Below, piece by piece: positions 20,416 through 30,414 of a stretch of DNA of 64,000 bases (positions within the stretch are counted from its first letter, which is position 1; each line of letters begins with the position of its first letter). The notes under the pieces were generated by a model. That model made no database searches. It was not told the DNA's origin and worked only from the letters and a program-made list of their open reading frames with translations. The DNA is from Gammaproteobacteria bacterium (GTDB taxonomy: Bacteria > Pseudomonadota > Gammaproteobacteria > Ga0077536): contig CAXXLL010000002.1 in assembly GCA_963662545.2 (NCBI GenBank), positions 416,001-480,000 on the forward strand. The letters are read 5' to 3'. The translations under genes and the position numbers were made by a program.

Positions 20416-20494
20416 CTTTCCTGCGTAATTCCCAAAGAAAAGCCCGCTGTAACACGTCCGGTTGAACGACTGGTTAGGTCGCACCAGTATTATT

Positions 20495-20968
20495 TTAGGC
20501 ATTCGGTTCGCTGCTCATGATCGGACGCATGATGTCGACGGTACCTCCAACCGAATAATCTTTGAGGATTTTTCGAAATTCAGAGTGTAACCGAGGGTAT
20601 CGCCTAATTATCCGTTCTACGTCTTCGCAGAACGAGACGTAGACGACCTCGTCAACCAGATCGCGATCATGCGAAATTTGAATTTCCATCCAGTGGACGA
20701 GGTACCGCCGCGCAATCGCTTCTAATAGAGCCTCTTCCGTCCTATTTAGCCCATCGTTGTCTTCGAGCTTTCCAAACAACTCCGGGATCAGCGGATTAGC
20801 GAGCATTACCTCCTGCATCCGGTTGAATTCATTCAGGACGCCGGAACTCGCAGCTGCAGTACTTTGCGCGGTGCTTTGTTTGATTTGGAGCGCGAGGTAG
20901 ATCAACGAGATTACCACTGCCACCGATGCGATGATTTCCGCTAATACCCCAAAATCTTGAAGTGACAT
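20495..20968 (-). CDS. Hypothetical membrane-anchored cassette protein
   Basis: MSLQDFGVLAEIIASVAVVISLIYLALQIKQ; bounded by attC sites on both sides. Confidence 0.75.
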   Translation of the reverse strand: MSLQDFGVLAEIIASVAVVISLIYLALQIKQSTAQSTAAASSGVLNEFNRMQEVMLANPLIPELFGKLEDNDGLNRTEEALLEAIARRYLVHWMEIQISHDRDLVDEVVYVSFCEDVERIIRRYPRLHSEFRKILKDYSVGGTVDIMRPIMSSEPNA

Positions 20969-20982
20969 AAACGTTTCTTGCG

Positions 20983-22439
20983 ACCTAACGACCCAGCTAA
21001 CCGGCGTTTCAAAATGGGCTTTCTTGGGACGAAAATGCAACGCCGGCACAAGAAAGCCCATTGTGAAACGTCCGGTTCAGCGCCTTGCTGAGGTATCCCC
21101 ACGAATTGGGACTTTTCATGAAGCGAATTCAATCCTTTAGATGATCGACGTGCCTGCTGCTGCCTGATCTAATGGTCGTTACCACACAATCACTTCAATC
21201 AGGAGCAGCAGCATGCACGGCATTAGCTTGTTAAAAAAATGGTGCGAGTGCAATGGCGTCATTGGGCATCGGGCTCGGCTCGATGCCACACTTCGGGTTG
21301 TTGGCGCCCTGCTTGATGGTGGCAAACTGGCCTTAACCCATTTGGGACGTCATCGATCGGGTTCGGCCTTCGTCAAACACCACATCAAAGCCGTCGACCG
21401 TCTGCTCGGTAATCGCCATCTGCATCGTGAACGTCGAGGACTCTATGCGGCCTTTGCACGGACACTCTTATCCACCGTGCGGCGCCCACTGATAGTCGTT
21501 GATTGGGCAGACTGCGAACTCGACCGTGAAATGCTCATCCTCAGAGCCGCCGTGCCCGCCGGCGGTCGTGCAATTACGGTGTATGAGGAAGTCCACCCCC
21601 TCAGTCGCTATAACAGCCCCAAAACCCATCGCGCCTTCTTGAAGGCGCTTCACCACATCGTCCCCGAGAACGTCATCCCTGTCGTCGTCACCGATGCGGG
21701 TTTCCGGGGACCCTGGTTCCGCCAGGTCGAAGCCCTGGGGTGGGATTGGATCGGCCGTATCCGAAACACTATCAAGTACTTCAAACCCGAGACCGGGCGG
21801 TGGTGTTACGTGCATTCACTCTACCCGCAGGCGACACCAAAGGTTCGGCATATCGGTGAGCGGTTGCTCTCCAAACGCCACCGTTACCGCTGTCGCTTAT
21901 ATCTGCTCCGGGCTTATCTGCCGCGTACCGGACGACATGCCCAGCGCAAAAGTTACGGCTCCAATGATGCGCTCTACCGTCGATTACATCGTTCACCGTG
22001 GCTGCTCGCAACCTCTCTCCCGCATACTCGAAACAGCGCTAAGGCCGTCGTGCGTGCTTACCAACAACGCATGCAGATTGAAGAGGCTTTCAGAGACCTC
22101 AAAAACCACCGCTGGGGTTTCGGTTTGCGCTATGCGTGGTCGAGGAATACTCAGCGCCTTGAAGTACTGCTTCTCATCGCGCTGCTCGCAACCCTGCTGC
22201 TGTGGTTGTGTGGGCTCGCAGCGAAAGCTAATCAGTGGACACGGCATTTTCAGGCGAATACCGAACGCAAACGAACCGTGCTATCCATTCCTTTCCTGGG
22301 ACAAGAACTCTGGCGAAGTCATCGATTCAAACTATCTCGCCATGATCTCCAGGACGCATTCATCACGTTACAACAACTCGTTATCTGCGAAGCTCAGTAT
22401 GCCTAATTCGTGGGGATCCTTGAGAACGCCTTGTTAGGC
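20983..22439 (-). repeat. Integron attC site split by an IS4-family element
   Basis: ACCTAAC...GCTAACCGGCGTTTCAAAATGGGCTTTCTTG pairs with CAAGAAAGCCCATTGTGAAACGTCCGGTTCAGC; GTTAGGC resumes at 22433. Confidence 0.8.
21088..22424 (+). mobile_element. IS4 family (IS10-like) element; transposase 21213-22406
   Basis: IRs CTGAGGTATCCCCACGAATT / AATTCGTGGGGATCCTTGAG; near-perfect 9-bp TSD A(G/A)CGCCTTG; motifs VDW, TDAGF, YQQRMQIEEAFRDLK. Confidence 0.92.
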
Positions 22440-22447
22440 GGCGGCTC

Positions 22448-23769
22448 GGTACGGACCGGGTAGATAGGTAACATTATAGTCAAGGTACATGGGTGACAGA
22501 TCAATGGTATTAGGTTCCTCAAAGGAGGAGTCCGATGCCCTGGAGAGAAACGTCACCAATGAACGAAAAAACGCAATTCATCGCAGACTATCTGCGCGAC
22601 CTGTTGACAGTTACCGAGCTGTGCGAACATTACGGCATCAGTCGCAAGACTGGCTACAAATGGATTGATCGGTATCTAAGCGAAGGTCCGGCGGGTTTAG
22701 AGGAACGCACACGGCGGCCTAGAACTTGCCCGCATAAAACGCCGGCGCGGCTCGAGCGCCTGATCATCGATGCGCGACAACGTCATCCGACTTGGGGCGC
22801 TCGTAAATTGCGGACGTTTCTATCGCGGAAGCACCCGCGAGAGCCGTGGCCAACACGGACAACCATTCATGACATCCTAATCCGTGAAGGATTCATCCGG
22901 ACACCGCGGCGCTCACGCAAACTCGGGCATCCGGGAAAACCTGAAACCCGAATGAATGCACCCAACCAAACCTGGGGCGCCGACTTCAAAGGGCATTTCA
23001 AGACCGAAGACGGGCGGTATTGTTACCCGTTGACCGTCACCGATGGCTTTAGTCGATACCTCATCGGATGCCAGTCATTACTCACGACCGCCGTTGAACC
23101 ATCGAAGGCGGTGTTCACCCGCTTATTCAAAGAATACGGACTGCCAGAACGCATCCGTACCGACAACGGCGTCCCCTTCGCGACGAACACGCTCGGTCGA
23201 TTATCAACGCTGTCTGCCTGGTGGATCAGGCTTGGTATTTATCCCGAGCTCATCGAACCCGGAAAGCCTCAACAAAATGGCCGACACGAACGGATGCACC
23301 GAACCTTAAAGGCGGAGACGACTCGACCTCCGGCCGGGGACTATCGCGCGCAACAGAAACGATTTAATCGGTTCCAGATTGAATTCAATGAAGAACGCCC
23401 TCATGAAGCGCTCGACATGTTCACACCTGCCGACTTCTACGAATTTTCTGCCAAAGAAATGCCTAGCAAAATCCCGCCGCTCGAATATCCTGACCGTTTC
23501 ATCAAGCGCTTCGTCAGTGCCAACGGTGGCATCCGATGGCATTCCACCCATGTGCCTGTCTCAATCGCGTGTGCCGGTGAGTACATAGGATTAGAGGAAA
23601 TCGACTGTGGTGTTTGGAACGTCTATTTCGGAACGCTTAAGCTCGGCCGAATGATTGAAAAATACAATCGGATCGAAGATGCTTACGGCCGACTAAAACG
23701 ACATTATCGATAACAAAAGTGTTACCCATCTACCTTGGCACTTTTGTTACCTTTCTCCCGGTCCGCTCA
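22448..23769 (+). mobile_element. IS481-family element; transposase 22535-23713
   Basis: MPWRETSPM, ADFKGHF, TDNG, GKPQQNGRHERMHRTLK; ends CGGACCGGG...GGTAACA with internal repeats. No clear TSD. Confidence 0.9.
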
Positions 23770-23842
23770 GGCATTTAACGAAGCCTTAAACACTTTCTCT
23801 TTAGTGTTCCCAGGGTTGCTCAAATGCACGTCGCTTGGAAAT

Positions 23843-24226
23843 CTACGCGGCACTCGCCACCACCTTGATTTCCGCGGCCAGCGTGGCTCCCCATAAACCT
23901 GCGACTTCGATCGCGGTCCAGCATGGATACGGCTTTTCGGTGATGTAACGGTCCTTCACCTTCAGAAATACTTCCTTTTGCGGTTCCAGGTCAACGTGAA
24001 ACGTTGTCACATCGATGACGTCATTCCAGGTTAATCCTGCATCTTCAAGAATCATCTGAATCGTTGAAAACGCTTTGTCGATGGCGTCTTCTAGCGACTG
24101 TCCTTCCTGAGGCGAAACGACGACCCCGGAAAGCCAGACTAGATCACCGGCTCGAATCGCTGGCGACGTGTTGAAATCATCCATCCATTCAGTTCCGGGT
24201 GGCGTATAGCTAGTTCGTGTTGACAT
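23843..24226 (-). CDS. RidA/YjgF family protein (cassette gene)
   Basis: SPAIRAGDLVWLSG, PYPCWTAIEV, EIKVVA; preceded by GTTAGGC (minus strand, 24259-24265). Confidence 0.85.
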   Translation of the reverse strand: MSTRTSYTPPGTEWMDDFNTSPAIRAGDLVWLSGVVVSPQEGQSLEDAIDKAFSTIQMILEDAGLTWNDVIDVTTFHVDLEPQKEVFLKVKDRYITEKPYPCWTAIEVAGLWGATLAAEIKVVASAA

Positions 24227-24381
24227 AACGGGTACCTTTCACGCTTTTTTCGATTGACGCCTAACAGTTAATATACGGGCAGAAACGCCCTGTTATGCAT
24301 AATACTTCGTGCGTGCATTTTGTACGGGTTTGTATCTGATTTTACTGGGTTTCCTGCATACCGTAGCGGCTAAGCGACATT

Positions 24382-25822
24382 CATAGGTCGGATCTTATAA
24401 GCCGTTGAAAAGAGGGAACCAAAAGCGCTCCATCCGATCAGATCATGAAATCAACACCAATCGACTTCGTGATCTGGGAGTATCGGATGAAGCACAGAAA
24501 TTAGCAAACGCATGGCGAAATTAGCACAGTGAGCCGGCAGTTAAAACGCACGCTAGGCGAGCGTACGCTCAACGACTTGGGGCGTGCAACGCGATTCTGT
24601 CGCCGAGAAAGGGAGGTCACGCCGTTCCGTTTAGCGGTAAGCCTAATCGAAAGCTTCGCCGGGCACTCAGCGAGCTGTATCGCTGATATTCAACGCGCTT
24701 TCAATGCGCTGTGCTCGACCACGGTGCGCTACAAACCGTTTCATAATCAGCTCGCCAAAAAACAGTTTCCGATGTTTATGCAAGCGCTGCTAAGCGAATT
24801 GCTCAATGGCCTGGCCTGCGATGTCCTCCGATTCGAACCCAACAGCCCATTTGCGCAGTTTGACCACATCCGCATCCAGGACGGCACCTCGTTTGCGTTA
24901 AAACCGGCGCTGAAGGACAGCTTTCCCGGTCGCTTCACGACCGTGAGTCCCGCCGCGGTAGAACTCCATGCCGATCTCGACCTGCTCAGTGAGACCCTGA
25001 ACGAGGTCGTACTCAGCCCTGACAGCTCAGCAGAGCGGCAGTTCTTGCCGGCCGTTGAAGAGGTCGCTGGTGGTTTGCTGCTGGCCGACCGTGGCTACTT
25101 CGCGCGGCCTTACTTTGAAGCGCTCGACACCGCCGGCGGCTATTTCATCGTGCGCGCGGGTCAAGGTATCAATCCGCTGATCGTTGCCGCTCGTCGCGCC
25201 GATGGGCGGCGGGTCAAACGCTTTGACAAGCAGCGATTGAAAGCGGTGGCATCGACCTTAAAGCGCTTCGATTGCCTCGACATGGCCGTGCAATTCGACG
25301 GCGTGCAGGGACCCTGGACCTGTCGTTTAGTCGTGCACCCCAACCTTAAAAAAGGTGCAGCACCTCGTTATCTCATCACCAATCTCGACGCCACCACCTT
25401 TACCCCCGAGCATATTAGCGACGCGTATCGCTTGCGCTGGCAGGTAGAACTGCTCTTCAAAGAGTGGAAGTCTTACGCCAATCTACACGCCTTTGATACC
25501 GCCAACCCGCACATCGCCGAAGGGCTTATCTGGGCCGCACTATGCGCCGCAACGCTGCAGCGCTATTGCGCTCATGTCACCGAGCGCTGGTTGAACGTCG
25601 CCATCTCGACTCATACCGCGGCCAAGTGCATTCATCACGTGCTCGGTCCCATTCTCCATACGCTTATCCATCGGCCCCGCTCTTTACACCGACCGCTCGA
25701 ACACGCGTTGCGCTATTTGGCCAGCAACGCTCAGCGCGCAAAACCTGACCGCGATTGCATTTCGGGACGACTCAAGCTCGGCCTTCAGCATGTTCATGCG
25801 GCCGCTTAAGAACTAACCTATG
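24382..25822 (+). mobile_element. IS4-family element, copy 1 (18-bp insertion near the transposase start; ORF 24529-25809)
   Basis: Ends CATAGGTCGGATCTTA / TAAGAACTAACCTATG; 10-bp TSD AAGCGACATT; motifs QDGT, ADRGY, YRLRWQVELLFKEWK. Confidence 0.93.
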
Positions 25823-25931
25823 AAGCGACATTAATAACAGGCGCACCGAGTGGCGATATGAAGGTTCCCTACTTCGCTTTGCTAATCGTACATAAAGGAA
25901 CGACCCCGACCGAGTAATAAATCAACCGCGC

Positions 25932-26078
25932 CATGTCCGCAGTTGGCCGGGAGCCACCCAACGCCATGTTTGCGTCATCAAACGCTATCGGACGACCGCT
26001 TACGAGCGCATTGCAGACGTAACCTAGAGCGGTGCTGCACAGCCGCGATTCGGCCGCTGACGACCCGAAGGCGGCATC
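25932..26078. repeat. Dispersed repeat A: three short imperfect palindromic units at ~59-bp period
   Basis: Units near 25933, 25991 and 26051; homologous to repeats B and C. Confidence 0.65.
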
Positions 26079-26323
26079 GCTACAGATTAATAAACCTGAC
26101 ACCTATACGTCAGTAACCCGGACCCGGAGGTGCAGGCTGTGTTGTCACCATTGCTGATGTCGCATCGCGATTACAACTATGAAAAATACCTTGAACTTCC
26201 AATCGTCTTCTGAACAACTACGCCGCGGCGATCCGGAGTCTTGCCTTTTGCCCCCTTCCTCGTTTGTTAACGTAACTGGTCAATCGGCCGATAACGTCAA
26301 AATCGACTACGGAGAACGATCGT

Positions 26324-26770
26324 ATGAGACAGTGCTTATTGGCCGCATCGCTTGGCGTGATGGTCATTGCCCAAACGGTTCATGCCGATGTCATTACACT
26401 CATTGACGGCACGCGAATCCACGCCGAGGTGCTCTCCCTGCACAACGGGGTTTACACCGTCCGGAGCGACACGCTGGGGACAGTCGAGCTGGCGCGGTCG
26501 AAGATCGTCACAATCGACCAGAAAAACGCTAAACCGAACGAAACCGATCATACCTACGAGGCGCTCAAGGCCGACGTGATGGCGAATCCCGCAGCGATGA
26601 ACAGCATCATGGCGCTGCAGAATGACCCGGAGGTACGCGCACTATTGAGTAATCCCGAGACCCTGAAAGCCATCCAGTCGTTGGATCTGAACGCTCTCTC
26701 GAACAATCCGCAGATTCTCCAGTTCATGCAGCGGCCCGAGGTCCGGGAAATTAACGAGCTCATGCGATAG
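26324..26770 (+). CDS. Hypothetical exported protein
   Basis: Signal peptide ending TVHA-D; helical C-terminus with NP/DP repeats; good GGAG RBS. Confidence 0.75.
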   Translation: MRQCLLAASLGVMVIAQTVHADVITLIDGTRIHAEVLSLHNGVYTVRSDTLGTVELARSKIVTIDQKNAKPNETDHTYEALKADVMANPAAMNSIMALQNDPEVRALLSNPETLKAIQSLDLNALSNNPQILQFMQRPEVREINELMR

Positions 26771-26909
26771 CTGGCGCGAGCGGATGCCCCGCATCATGGT
26801 CACGCCGCCGAACGCTACTCGACGACCGCTTACGAGGGTACTGCAGACGTAATCTCTAGCTGTGCTGCACTGCGGCGAGGGGGCCGCTGACGACCCAATA
26901 TAGCGGCCA
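26761..26909. repeat. Dispersed repeat B
   Basis: AACGCTA..GACGACCGCTTACGAG..TGCAGACGTAA..GTGCTGCAC..GGCCGCTGACGACCC is shared with repeat A. Confidence 0.75.
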
Positions 26910-27042
26910 CGCCGGCGGGCGACTCTTCGAGCTCGTAGGCGCGCGCGAGGTTCGCGATGTAGTCGGGCGGATGATAATACGAGATGTATTGCAGCGCGTC
27001 CGCCACGCTTTGAATAACGTCCTCCGATCGAATCGCTGTCAC
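26910..27042 (-). pseudogene. N-terminal fragment of a class I fumarate hydratase
   Basis: MTAIRSEDVIQSVADALQYISYYHPPDYIANLARAYELEESPA; similarity stops at repeat B. Confidence 0.85.
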
Positions 27043-27048
27043 GGAGCG

Positions 27049-28914
27049 CTATTCGGGGATCTCGAACGCGATCAGTACGTTTCCGGGCAGCCCAAAATTG
27101 AACTGATCCAAGCCGGATGAAACGTATAAGCGGTTTTTCACGATGACGGGCCCCCCGAACGAGCCGAGCCCCCCACCGAACCCTTTGCGGCCGTTAACCG
27201 TTTCATACTCGCGCACCGTATCAAATGTCCACACCGGCTTCCCGGTCGCGGTATCGTAAGCGCGCAGTACGCCGTCGGCGGTGCCCGTGAAAACGACGTC
27301 GCCCGCCACGGTACTGGGCAAGGTAAAGGCATTGCTGCACGGTGGTGTCGTCTTACCTTTACAATCCGGCGTCATATCCTGTATACGCCATACGGACTCA
27401 CCGGTCAGGAGATCGACCGCCGTGAAGGAGCCGTTCGCCTTCCAGTCCACATCCATATCGATGACGGGTACGTAGGCATTTATGCCGTCGCTCGAGAATC
27501 CCCACTCGATACCGCCGAGCTCTCCGCCGGCGCCGAGGCGGATCTGCCACAGGACTTTGCCGCCGTCATCCGGATCCAGGCCGTAAAGCATGCCGTCCTT
27601 GGATCCGGTCACGATGATCTCCTTACCATCCGATCGTTCCACCAGCACCGCGGGAGCCACGATATCCCGGTCACCATGTCCCGTCGGGTTTAAGGGCGAA
27701 CAGGTTTTCTGTTCGGGATCCACCCACTTTTCGCAGCCCAGGTGGTAGATGTCCTGGCCGCCCATCTGCTCGGGCGCCAGTGATTTCACCCAACGCTTGG
27801 CGCCCGTTTTCATGTCCAACGCCAACATGGCGTCGGATTCGGGCACGACCGGCTCGGTCATCTGGTTGCCGGTTGGCACGTAAAGGAGGCCGCGCTTGTC
27901 GTCGACCGTGACGGCCGAGAACACCACGACCCCCGAGGGACCGTAGCGATTCGTGCCGGCTTTCGTCGTGCCCAGATACCCGAATTCCTTGTCGATGGTG
28001 TAAGACTTCCACTTGCGCTCGCCGGTACGCAGGTCATAGGCGACGATGCTGCCGCGAAACGTACAGCACGGGTATTCCTTATTTTTGCCAATATTGAGCA
28101 CTTCTTGGAGGGAGGACACGGGCACGTAAACCATGCCGTCGTGCGCCGTCACGTTGCCCGTAATGCGTGAAGTCGGCGTCCAATCCGCCCGGTCGCGCCA
28201 CAGCAATTGGCCCGTTTCCGCATCTACAGCGTAGACGTTGGCCGCCGTATCGCCAAACACGGCGATACCGTCGGACACGGCGATGTTCGACCTGATCCGC
28301 CATTCCGCCCGGAATGCCCAGTGCGCGCACCCGGTGTCCGCATCGAGCGAGTAGGCCCATTGATTGAGGTTACCCACGAACAATCGGTCGCCCACGACGG
28401 CGACCGGGTGCCCACCACCCTTGGACGCGTGGACCTGCGGGAAGGCCACGGCCCACTTGACCTTGAGGTTCGCTAACCCCGCAGCGGTGAGCTGCGCATT
28501 AGTCACATGCCGGTTGTAGCGGTTGTCGTTCGACAGTCCAGGCCAGTCATGCTCCGCATCGGGTACCAGCGGCGTCTTGTCTTTGCACATGGTCACGCCG
28601 GCACCGCGCGTGCCCTTTTCGGGTTTGTGCCCCGCGATCCACTTGGCTATCGTCCATCGCTTCGCATCGTCCATGCCATTGGCGAACTGTGCCATGACGC
28701 CGAACCACAGTTCCTTGTGAATTTCCTCTGCAGTCATGTTCGATAATGCCGTCAACGATGGGGAAATTGTGGCGCGCCCGTGGCATTCGATACAGTGTTC
28801 GGCGTACAGTGCGGCGCCGTCCAGTCCCTTCGACTTTTCGGTTGCCGGTTCGGCATACGCTGCGAGCGACGCGAACAGGGATCCAAACAGGGGTAACAGG
28901 TGCAGATTTCTCAT
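27049..28914 (-). CDS. Quinohemoprotein PQQ-dependent dehydrogenase with an N-terminal cytochrome c (polyvinyl alcohol dehydrogenase-like)
   Basis: Signal peptide, CIECH heme motif, PQQ beta-propeller repeats, YPCCTFRGS, C-terminal PGNVLIAF. Confidence 0.85.
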   Translation of the reverse strand: MRNLHLLPLFGSLFASLAAYAEPATEKSKGLDGAALYAEHCIECHGRATISPSLTALSNMTAEEIHKELWFGVMAQFANGMDDAKRWTIAKWIAGHKPEKGTRGAGVTMCKDKTPLVPDAEHDWPGLSNDNRYNRHVTNAQLTAAGLANLKVKWAVAFPQVHASKGGGHPVAVVGDRLFVGNLNQWAYSLDADTGCAHWAFRAEWRIRSNIAVSDGIAVFGDTAANVYAVDAETGQLLWRDRADWTPTSRITGNVTAHDGMVYVPVSSLQEVLNIGKNKEYPCCTFRGSIVAYDLRTGERKWKSYTIDKEFGYLGTTKAGTNRYGPSGVVVFSAVTVDDKRGLLYVPTGNQMTEPVVPESDAMLALDMKTGAKRWVKSLAPEQMGGQDIYHLGCEKWVDPEQKTCSPLNPTGHGDRDIVAPAVLVERSDGKEIIVTGSKDGMLYGLDPDDGGKVLWQIRLGAGGELGGIEWGFSSDGINAYVPVIDMDVDWKANGSFTAVDLLTGESVWRIQDMTPDCKGKTTPPCSNAFTLPSTVAGDVVFTGTADGVLRAYDTATGKPVWTFDTVREYETVNGRKGFGGGLGSFGGPVIVKNRLYVSSGLDQFNFGLPGNVLIAFEIPE

Positions 28915-29003
28915 GGTCCGATCTCCCGACATCGTCTTATTGGATGTTCACCCGAGGGCAGTTCTGAAAGCGTAGCAAATCTCGACGAACACCGTTTATA
29001 TTC

Positions 29004-29136
29004 GGGACCGCTCTTAGCCGCGAGCCGAAGTCAAGCGCTGCGATGCTTTTTATGAGAAGGGAATGGCCGTTTACGAGGGTATCCCAGACCTAACCTCTAG
29101 CATTGCTGCACTGCCGCGATCCGGCCGCTGACGACC
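29004..29136. repeat. Dispersed repeat C (third unit split by a MITE and intron; resumes at 29951)
   Basis: CCGTTTACGAGGGTA..CTCTAGC..TGCTGCACTG..GGCCGCTGACGACC. Confidence 0.7.
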
Positions 29137-29293
29137 TATTGTGTTGAAAAAGTCCGGTTCGCCGTCGGTCGCGATGTGCGTAGAAAAACCGACCGCGCAG
29201 GATCGCCTGTAAGCGACGATCGGCACTCCGGTAATGGTTTGACGACCCCCAAATTTATCGAAATCCTATGCTGCACGACTTTTTCAACACAAT
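29137..29293. mobile_element. ~159-bp MITE (last 2 nt displaced to 29949-29950 by the intron); GACC duplicated on both sides
   Basis: IRs ATTGTGTTGAAAAAGTC / GACTTTTTCAACACAAT; internal CTGTAAGCGACGATC shared with the attC MITEs. Confidence 0.8.
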
Positions 29294-29948
29294 GTGTGCC
29301 ACGAGGCACTGAAGAGATAGGGGGTCACTGAAAGTGTCGTAACTCTAACAGAGATGGAGGTAGGTCCTCCAAAGCCGCCCTGCAGGGGGGGGCTTTAAAC
29401 CACCCTAAGCTGCTCCGGTCAAGAGCCGGGGTGGTGAGCGTTAGGGAAAAGGCGTCGCAAGAGGCGTCAGGTGAGAAACAGAGAGACGAGCGCAAGCGAA
29501 CCACTGCTGAAGCGTCGAAAGAAAAATCGGGTGACATCAAAACCGAGTCTGATTGTGTGGCTCGGGAGGGATCCAGCGGGTGCCTGCTGATTGGCTGGGT
29601 GGTGTCCGGTGTATAGGTGGCGTGACGCTGTTTCGGGCTTTGTTAGGGAACGTGGGAACCTGTCGCTTGGATGTCAAGGGAGAAGTTTAAGTGGTCAACG
29701 CCACGAGAACGAGCGTACCAATGCCAGGCACAGGGGCGGAGCAACTCGTAGTAGTGATGAAGCGGGGTAATGCCCGTGGAGCGAAGGGGTTGCGTCATTC
29801 AGTCTCAGGATTGGGTCAACCCGTCAGGGGAGGAGCCCATGAGTGAGACAAAGCCGTTTCTCGGCTGAATGATGGGAGCCGGATGAGCGGAGACGTTCAC
29901 GTCCGGTTCTACGAGGGCCTCGGGGTGAAACTCCCCGGGGCTACTCAC
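29294..29948 (+). ncRNA. ORF-less group II intron (probably bacterial class D-like; RT/maturase gene deleted)
   Basis: 5' GTGTG; domain V GAGCCGGATGAGCGGAGACGTTCACGTCCGGTTC (29876-29909); domain VI ending CTACTCAC; residual 9-codon ORF MSETKPFLG* (29839-29868) with GAGGAG RBS. Confidence 0.9.
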
Positions 29949-30062
29949 CAGACCCTAAACGGCCATCGGCGAAAATCGAATAACTCATCCTGACAGTTTC
30001 GAGTAGGGGAACTCTTGTCGGCGCGGTATCCTTGCGCCTTGGGTATGCGCGAGGGGTGTCCG

Positions 30063-30407
30063 ATGAAGAAGTTTTTGCTTATTCCTTTGCTGTGCGTTTC
30101 GGGGAATGTCGCGGGGGGAGAGTACGGGGTATTCAAGAGCGGCAACGAATTGTTGTCGGACTGCACCGAGACTTCCCGAGGACTGAATTACATGCACAGC
30201 CTCGGCTACATAGCGGCGGCTGCCGACACCCATGACGTTTGGGTGACCTGGGGCGACTTACACAGAAAAATATGTACGCCATTAGAGGTCCCGCAAGAAC
30301 AGCTCAGGCGCGTCGTCGTGAAGTACCTCGAAGAGCGCCCCGCACTATTGGACACAATGGGCAGCGATGGCATCGATCGCCGTGTGAATGCCAAGCATCA
30401 CGTGTGA
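30063..30407 (+). CDS. Rap1a/Tai-like immunity protein, C-terminus possibly truncated
   Basis: Signal peptide, SGNELLSDC, GYIAAAAD, ICTP...QLRRVVVKYLEERP. Confidence 0.65.
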   Translation: MKKFLLIPLLCVSGNVAGGEYGVFKSGNELLSDCTETSRGLNYMHSLGYIAAAADTHDVWVTWGDLHRKICTPLEVPQEQLRRVVVKYLEERPALLDTMGSDGIDRRVNAKHHV

Positions 30408-30414
30408 AGGAAGC

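Larger units (their letters stand above)
17797..20433 (-). mobile_element. IS1595-family element carrying passenger genes
   Basis: 24-bp IRs GGGAATTACGCAG(A/G)AAAGTTGACA with one mismatch; 8-bp TSD AAAGAAAA at 17789-17796 and 20434-20441. Confidence 0.93.
17574..20479 (-). repeat. Integron attC site split by a MITE and an IS1595 element
   Basis: ATCTAAC (17574)...TTAACCGGCGTGTTACACCGGGCTTTTCT, and after the IS, AGAAAAGCCCGCTGTAACACGTCCGGTTGAA...GTTAGGT. Extrahelical T and G are on the + strand. Confidence 0.8.

Noticed and set aside
24259-24381. Complete attC or attI site upstream of ridA
   Set aside because: Only one core box and weak pairing are visible before IS4; a full site cannot be supported.
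25932-29136. ~59-bp periodic units as a CRISPR array
   Set aside because: Units within a block are dissimilar, the intervening sequences are partly conserved between blocks, and there are no cas genes. Kept as a separate repeat family.
29325-29616. Short ORFs
   Set aside because: They lie within structured intron RNA domains.
29294-29948. Retron or diversity-generating retroelement
   Set aside because: No reverse transcriptase ORF and no TR/VR pair; domains V and VI identify a group II intron.
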